Origin: Gemmatimonadales bacterium
Lineage (GTDB): Bacteria > Gemmatimonadota > Gemmatimonadetes > Gemmatimonadales > GWC2-71-9
DNA: 47,451 bases
Direction of reading: 5' to 3'
Assembly: GCA_036443495.1 (NCBI GenBank)
Contig: JAZFYL010000025.1
Span: forward strand, 1-47,451
The first letter of the stretch is position 1, and each line of letters opens with the position of its first letter. The notes under the pieces were generated by a model, which searched no databases, had not been told where the DNA came from, and saw only the letters and a program-made list of their open reading frames with translations. The position numbers and the translations under genes are program-made. Shown here piece by piece: positions 42,287 through 47,451 of this stretch.

Positions 42287-44419
42287 TCAATCGGGATAGT
42301 ATTTCAGCCCGTTTCCGGCACGCTCGACCAGGACCTCGGCCGGGCTGAACCGAGCGCCGAAAGCCCCCTCCAGGCCTCGAAGGGTATCGACCACCCTGGC
42401 GGCGCCAAGGCTGTCGATGAGCCGGAGCGGCCCGCCCCGGAACGGCGGAAAACCGATCCCGAAGATGGCGCCGATGTCCCCGTCCCGAGGGGACCGAACG
42501 ACACCTTCCCCGACGGCCATCGCGGCTTCGTTCAACATGGCGTAGAGCAGGCGCTGCTCGATGGTCTCCGGGGAAACTTCCTCCACTGGGCGTACCCCCA
42601 ATAGTCGGTACACCGCCGGGTCGGGTCCCTTCTTCTTTCCCTTCTCGTATCGGTAGATGCCACGGCCGTTCTTCCGCCCCAAGCGGTCGTCCCTGATGAG
42701 AGCGGAGACGACCGGTGCAGGCTTCAACCGTTCGCCGTAGGCCTCGTACATCACGCTGGAGGCCTTGTCGGCCACGTCGATGCCCACCTCGTCCAGCAGG
42801 GCCAGGGGCCCGACGGGGAATCCGAACCGGGTCATGACGCGGTCGACAGTATCGATCGGGGCACCTTCCGCCACCAGGTAACCGGCTTCGTTCATGTACG
42901 GGGACAGAATCCGGTTGACCCAAAACCCCGGCCGATCGGCAACCACGATCACCGTCTTGCCCAGCCGTCGGCCGAACTTCACCGCCGTCACGATGGTGTC
43001 GGCATCGCTCGCCTCCGCGGGGATGACCTCGAGAAGCGGCATCTTCTCGACGGGGGAGAAGAAGTGCATCCCGATCACCCGTTCAGGCCTGGTCGCCTGC
43101 GCGGCGATATGTCCTATGGGAATGGTGGACGTATTCGTGGCGAGCACGCTATCGGGGCCGACCACCGACTCCACCTCGGCCAACACTTGCCGTTTGACCT
43201 CGAGATCCTCGAACACCGCTTCGATGATCAGGTCCGCCCGGCGAAAGCCGGACAGATCGGTCGTCCCGGAAAGCAGGGCGACCGTCCGATAGTGTTGGTA
43301 CTTGGTCATACGGCGTCGCGCCAGCCGCCGGTCCAGCTGAGACTTGGCCGCTTCGACTCCCTTCGTCACCCGGTCGAGATCGGTGTCCTTCATGCGGACT
43401 TCGACCTGGGCCCGGGTCACTGCCGTTCCGGCGATCCCGGAACCCATGAACCCGGATCCCAACACCCCCACGAGGTTGATGTCGTGTGCGGATCCGGTTC
43501 CCGGCGGCACCCCGTCGTCCTTCTTGAGCGCCGTCGTCGCGAAGAAGATCTGGACCAGTTTCCTGGAAACATCCGTCACAGCCAATCGCCCGAACTCCCG
43601 ATGCTCGACGACGAGGCCGGCTGCCATGCCGCGCTCCAGTCCAGTACGGACGCAATCCAGGGCCGCGAGGGGTGCGGGGTAGTGGCCGCCGGTCTTCCGC
43701 TTCACTTGCTTTGTCGCCTGCCCGTAGACGATGCGCCGACCCAGTGGGTTTCGATCTAGCAGCAGGCCGGCAAAACCGGTGCGAGGGGCACGCTCCACGC
43801 GGCTATTTCGCACCAAGCGGTGCGCTGCGGCGAGCGCGGTTCGGCGCAGGATGCTGGATGGCACGAGTTCGTCGACCATGCCCAGCCGAAACGCCTTCTT
43901 GCCGGGGACACTCTTCCCCTGCAGGATGATGTCCAGCGCGGCACGGAGGCCTATCAAACGCGGCAGCCGTTGGCATCCGCCGGCTCCGGGAAGCAATCCC
44001 AGTTGGATCTCGGGCAGCCCCAGTTGGGTCTTGGGATCGTCCGTCGCCACCCGGTAGTGGCAGGCTAGGGCAAACTCGAGTCCTCCTCCCAAACAGGCGC
44101 CGTTGATCGCTGCGACTACCGGTTTGGGGAAATCGGCCACCCGGCTGAGCATTTCCTGACCGCCCCGACTCAAGGCCTCGGCCTCTTCCCGACTCTTGAC
44201 CTGGGTGAATTCCTCGATATCCGCCCCGGCGATGAACGTGTCGGGCTTAGCGGAAATGAACAGCACGGCCTTCACTGCCTGATCGTCGCGCAGAGCCGCG
44301 AACACGTCCTCGAATTCGGCCTTGGCGGCGGCGTTCAGCTTGTTGACCGGCTCCCCGGGCAAGTCCATGGTGATGACGGCTACGCCGTCTTCCTGCGTGA
44401 CCGTGAAGATCGGCATCAC
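42287..44419 (-). CDS. fadJ: fatty-acid oxidation complex alpha subunit (enoyl-CoA hydratase / 3-hydroxyacyl-CoA dehydrogenase)
   Basis: N-terminal crotonase fold (AAINGACLGGGLEFALAC), NAD-binding GVLGSGFMGSGIA and the 3HCDH C-terminal domains. 710 aa. It overlaps the thiolase gene by 4 nt. Confidence 0.9.
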   Translation of the reverse strand: MMPIFTVTQEDGVAVITMDLPGEPVNKLNAAAKAEFEDVFAALRDDQAVKAVLFISAKPDTFIAGADIEEFTQVKSREEAEALSRGGQEMLSRVADFPKPVVAAINGACLGGGLEFALACHYRVATDDPKTQLGLPEIQLGLLPGAGGCQRLPRLIGLRAALDIILQGKSVPGKKAFRLGMVDELVPSSILRRTALAAAHRLVRNSRVERAPRTGFAGLLLDRNPLGRRIVYGQATKQVKRKTGGHYPAPLAALDCVRTGLERGMAAGLVVEHREFGRLAVTDVSRKLVQIFFATTALKKDDGVPPGTGSAHDINLVGVLGSGFMGSGIAGTAVTRAQVEVRMKDTDLDRVTKGVEAAKSQLDRRLARRRMTKYQHYRTVALLSGTTDLSGFRRADLIIEAVFEDLEVKRQVLAEVESVVGPDSVLATNTSTIPIGHIAAQATRPERVIGMHFFSPVEKMPLLEVIPAEASDADTIVTAVKFGRRLGKTVIVVADRPGFWVNRILSPYMNEAGYLVAEGAPIDTVDRVMTRFGFPVGPLALLDEVGIDVADKASSVMYEAYGERLKPAPVVSALIRDDRLGRKNGRGIYRYEKGKKKGPDPAVYRLLGVRPVEEVSPETIEQRLLYAMLNEAAMAVGEGVVRSPRDGDIGAIFGIGFPPFRGGPLRLIDSLGAARVVDTLRGLEGAFGARFSPAEVLVERAGNGLKYYPD

Positions 44420-45711
44420 ACTCGCTCCAGCACCATGGCGAACCCCATGCCGCCCTGGGCGCAGATGGAAATCAGGCCGAATTGGGTGTCGCGGCGTCGC
44501 ATCTCATTGGCCAGGGTGGTCACCAACCTCGCACCCGTGGCCCCAAAGGGGTGGCCGATCGCCAAGGACCCACCGTACACGTTGGTAACGTCCCAATCCA
44601 CCTCGCCCACGGGTTGGCTGCGGCCCAGCTTCTTGGCCCACGCCTTGGAAGCCCATGCCTGTTCGTTCGACAGCACCTGTGAGGCAAACGCCTCGTGTAT
44701 CTCCACCAACCCCAGATCCTTCCAGGTAATCCCGGCACGATCCAGCGCCATCGGCACGGCGTAGGCCGGACCCATGAGGAGCTGCCAGCCCGGATCGACC
44801 GCGCTGACGGCGTAGCTCCGAATTAACGCGAGGGGCTCATAGCCCATCGCTTTGGCGCGTTCCGACTCCATGAGCAGCACCGCAGCCGCACCGTCCGTCA
44901 GGGGAGACGAATTGCCGGCAGTGACAGAGCCGTATCGTCGATCGAAGACCGGTTTCAGTTTGGCGAGCGCTTCCAGGGACGAGTCGGTCCTGATGCCGTT
45001 GTCGCTGGCTACCACGGAACCGCCCCGTTGGGCTTCGAACCACGGAACTATTTCCTCGCCCAGGATGCCGTCCGAAGTCGCCCGAGCAGCCCGCTGATGA
45101 CTCATCAGCGCGTAGCGGTCCTGGTCTTCCCGGCTGATGTAGTTCTCCTTGGCCATCTTCTCCGCGGACTGCCCCATCGACTCGCCGGTGGATGGTTCGG
45201 CGATCGCCGGGGCCACCGGGACGAGGTCACGAGGACGGAGGCGACTGAACGCTTTGAGGCGTTGGCCGAGCGACTTGGCCTTGCTGGCCTGAACCAGGAT
45301 CTCACTGAAACGCTTGGAAAAAAGGATCGGGATGTCCGAAAGGGACTCGACTCCGCCCGCGAGGACGATATCGGCATGATTCCGCACGATCTGGTCGGCG
45401 CCGGACGTCACGGCTTGCGCGGCCGAGGCACAGGCGCGATTCAGCGAGTAGGCTGGTATCGTTCGCGGGAATTGGGGCAGGAGACTCACTTCCCGGGCCA
45501 CGTTCGGTACCAGAGCCGAGGGCACCACTTGCCCAAATATGACTTCATCGACCTCTGAACCCCGCAACTCCGTCCGATACAGCAGTTCCCGAGCAGCGAA
45601 CCGCGCCAACTCGACAGGGGAAGTCTCCTTCAGGACCGTCCCACTCTTGGCGAATGGGGTGCGGACCCCGGCGACTACGGCGACACGTCGTCCTTTCACG
45701 AAATCATTCAT
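44416..45711 (-). CDS. fadI: acetyl-CoA C-acyltransferase (3-ketoacyl-CoA thiolase, FadI-like)
   Basis: Active-site NRACASAAQA, NVYGGSLAIGHPFGATG, CAQGGMGFAMVLE. 431 aa, upstream of fadJ as in fadIJ operons. Confidence 0.9.
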   Translation of the reverse strand: MNDFVKGRRVAVVAGVRTPFAKSGTVLKETSPVELARFAARELLYRTELRGSEVDEVIFGQVVPSALVPNVAREVSLLPQFPRTIPAYSLNRACASAAQAVTSGADQIVRNHADIVLAGGVESLSDIPILFSKRFSEILVQASKAKSLGQRLKAFSRLRPRDLVPVAPAIAEPSTGESMGQSAEKMAKENYISREDQDRYALMSHQRAARATSDGILGEEIVPWFEAQRGGSVVASDNGIRTDSSLEALAKLKPVFDRRYGSVTAGNSSPLTDGAAAVLLMESERAKAMGYEPLALIRSYAVSAVDPGWQLLMGPAYAVPMALDRAGITWKDLGLVEIHEAFASQVLSNEQAWASKAWAKKLGRSQPVGEVDWDVTNVYGGSLAIGHPFGATGARLVTTLANEMRRRDTQFGLISICAQGGMGFAMVLERV

Positions 45712-45808
45712 CGATCGTTAGCCACGAAATCGAGGGTTGTCCCCATGGGCCCAACCGGTTGTCTTTCAAAATCACGATGCGGCCCGCATGGCTGGCCGCC
45801 GAGGTGAT

Positions 45809-46354
45809 TCAGGGCAAGTGTCGTTCGGCGACCACACTGGCCACGGCCCGCCACCGTTCGGAGTCGACCGGTTCCAACACTTCCCGGCCGTGAAGGATCT
45901 CCAGCGGTGCGACCAGACGGGAGAGTTCACCGGGGTGCAGAAGATATTCATCCGACTGTGGTCCCCAGCCAAGATCCTTCTGAGCGGTGAGAAACGTCTC
46001 GGCGATCAAAACCCCGCCGGGAGCGACCGAGTCGAGAAACCGGCTCCAGCGTTTTCGGTCGAGGTAGTTGAACACCAGCACTACATCGAACTGCCCCAAG
46101 TCCGGCCAGTCCGCTTCCAGGTCGACGGTATGCCAGTCGATGGACAGTCCCCGTTGTTCCGCCGACGCCTGGCCGGCGAGGATCCTGGCGGGATCACCAT
46201 CCAGCGCGACGACATCGGCACCCAGTTCGGCAGCGGCCAGGCTGTGGCGTCCTTCACCGCAGGCGACATCGAGTACCCGAACGCCCTCGCCGAGGAGGAA
46301 GTCGTGCCACGTCAACCAACTGCTGGGTGGCGGGACGAGGGGAGGGGGAGGCAT
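45809..46354 (-). CDS. class I SAM-dependent methyltransferase
   Basis: Motif I VLDVACGEGRH and motif II DVVLVFNYL. The start is uncertain: ATG 46354 lies head-to-head with the glpD ATG, and a GTG at 46444 is also possible. Confidence 0.75.
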   Translation of the reverse strand: MPPPPLVPPPSSWLTWHDFLLGEGVRVLDVACGEGRHSLAAAELGADVVALDGDPARILAGQASAEQRGLSIDWHTVDLEADWPDLGQFDVVLVFNYLDRKRWSRFLDSVAPGGVLIAETFLTAQKDLGWGPQSDEYLLHPGELSRLVAPLEILHGREVLEPVDSERWRAVASVVAERHLP

Positions 46355-47451
46355 GGACACGGGTAGGCTATCCTCGCGACGTGCTACGGTCGACGTGCTC
46401 GCGGCACAACCGTTGGATGTGTTGGTGATCGGAGCCGGCATCACAGGGACCAGTATTGCGCACGAAGCTGCTTCCCGGGGCCTGAAGACAGCCCTGGTTG
46501 ACCGGGGCGATATCGCCGGGCGTGGTCACACGCAGTCGAATCCCCTCGTTGCCATAGGTCCGCGATCTCCCGGCCAGAAACACCTCCGACAGTCCTTTCA
46601 AGCGAGCCGGGCGCTGCACAAGCTGCGCAACGCTGCTCCCCACCTCGTCCGACGAACCCCGTTCATCTACCCGGTGTACCGGCACGCCAAGGTAGCCCCA
46701 TGGCGGCTCGCTTGGGTAGTGGGGATGGACGCAATTCTCTCCTCGTTCAGGAATGTGTGCCAGCACCGCCTGCTCGGCAAGCGCGCCATGTCGGAGCGCG
46801 AGCCACTCTTGAGGGATCCAGGGCTCATAGGGGGAGTCTTATTCCAGGACATGACCTGTGACATGGAGCGGCTCACTGTGGCCATGGCCCGGGCGGCCGC
46901 GCGCCACGATGCTTTGATCGCCACGTACACCATGGTAGAGAAGCTGGAACTGCGCGACGGCGGAATCCGGGGAGCGACGGTGCGGGACCTGCGGGGAAAC
47001 ACGCGGGGACACATCACCGCCGGCGTGGTGATCAACGCTGCCGGAGCGTGGGCTGACGACCTCCGGCGTCTCGAAGCGCCAGACGCTTCCCCCCTGTTCC
47101 AGTTGTATCGGGCAACGCAGATAGTAGTTCCACAGGGACGGCTGGGAGCCCGGCACGCACTCAGACTTCAGAGTCCGTTGGACGACCGCATGCTATTCAT
47201 GCTGCCCGCGGGGGATCGCGTTGTCCTCGGCACCGCGGAAACGCCGGTCGACCATCCATCGGCGGTCGAACCCACCGGCGAGGAAATCGCCTACCTGGTG
47301 CGCTCGGCCAACGCGTACTTCCCCAACGCCCATCTCACGCCGGAGGACATCCAGGACATCAGGACGGCGGTGTGGCCGTCACCGCTGGTGGCATCCGGGA
47401 AAGGGTCAAGCGGTGATGCCGAAATCGCGACAGGCCGCTACGGAATGGTCA
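46353..47451 (+). CDS. glpD: FAD-dependent glycerol-3-phosphate dehydrogenase/oxidase (3' end cut by window edge)
   Basis: My own translation, since the ORF is absent from the track because no stop lies in the window: MDTGRLSSRRATVDVLAAQPLDVLVIGAGITGTSIAHEAASRGLKTALVDRGDIAG...VINAAGAWADDL. It has a Rossmann GxGxxG and a DAO-family layout, and GGAGG lies 7 nt upstream of the ATG. Confidence 0.75.
   Translation, partial: MDTGRLSSRRATVDVLAAQPLDVLVIGAGITGTSIAHEAASRGLKTALVDRGDIAGRGHTQSNPLVAIGPRSPGQKHLRQSFQASRALHKLRNAAPHLVRRTPFIYPVYRHAKVAPWRLAWVVGMDAILSSFRNVCQHRLLGKRAMSEREPLLRDPGLIGGVLFQDMTCDMERLTVAMARAAARHDALIATYTMVEKLELRDGGIRGATVRDLRGNTRGHITAGVVINAAGAWADDLRRLEAPDASPLFQLYRATQIVVPQGRLGARHALRLQSPLDDRMLFMLPAGDRVVLGTAETPVDHPSAVEPTGEEIAYLVRSANAYFPNAHLTPEDIQDIRTAVWPSPLVASGKGSSGDAEIATGRYGMV

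Noticed and set aside
1-47451. Mobile element, prophage, genomic island or defence-system signatures
   Set aside because: No integrase, transposase, recombinase, phage structural gene, toxin-antitoxin pair, restriction-modification gene or flanking tRNA was recognised. Apart from short intergenic stretches, composition looks uniform. The helicase has a housekeeping DEAH/HrpA-like architecture with no nuclease partner.

Overview
High-GC, gene-dense bacterial chromosomal segment with about 45 protein genes on both strands, mostly housekeeping and metabolic. Abundant lipoproteins and an Omp85-type barrel suggest a diderm organism; any finer taxonomy would be a guess. I saw no rRNA, tRNA, CRISPR array, transposase, integrase or obvious defence island. 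Recognisable content includes ispH; a pterin/folate cluster (5-formyl-THF cyclo-ligase, then divergently COG0720 PTPS/QueD, pterin-4a-carbinolamine dehydratase, pabB, pabA); pfkA; a DEAH helicase; and an aconitase-family protein with swapped domain order. It also holds an M28 peptidase, a TrmB-like regulator plus HPt-REC-GGDEF cyclase operon, lon, a Ser/Thr kinase, a fused E1 alpha/beta 2-oxoacid dehydrogenase, rsgA, proline dehydrogenase, fadI-fadJ and a partial glpD. The strongest finding is that two small redox genes are split in the ORF track by in-frame TGA codons. Each TGA sits at the second redox position of a CxxC-type motif: CVV-TGA in a SelW/Rdx-like gene (14830..15060) and CRY-TGA in an AhpD/CMD-like gene (23556..24104). 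Each is followed within 6-10 nt by a GC-rich hairpin at bacterial SECIS distance, so I read both as unannotated selenoprotein genes. Secondary findings are a roughly 200-nt structured RNA or leader (sigma54-like -24/-12 box, several hairpins, strong intrinsic terminator) upstream of a tiny HExxH lipoprotein gene, and unusual repeat architectures in several intergenic regions. Many long ORFs in the track are antisense or alternate-frame artefacts of high GC and were rejected. Several start codons are uncertain.
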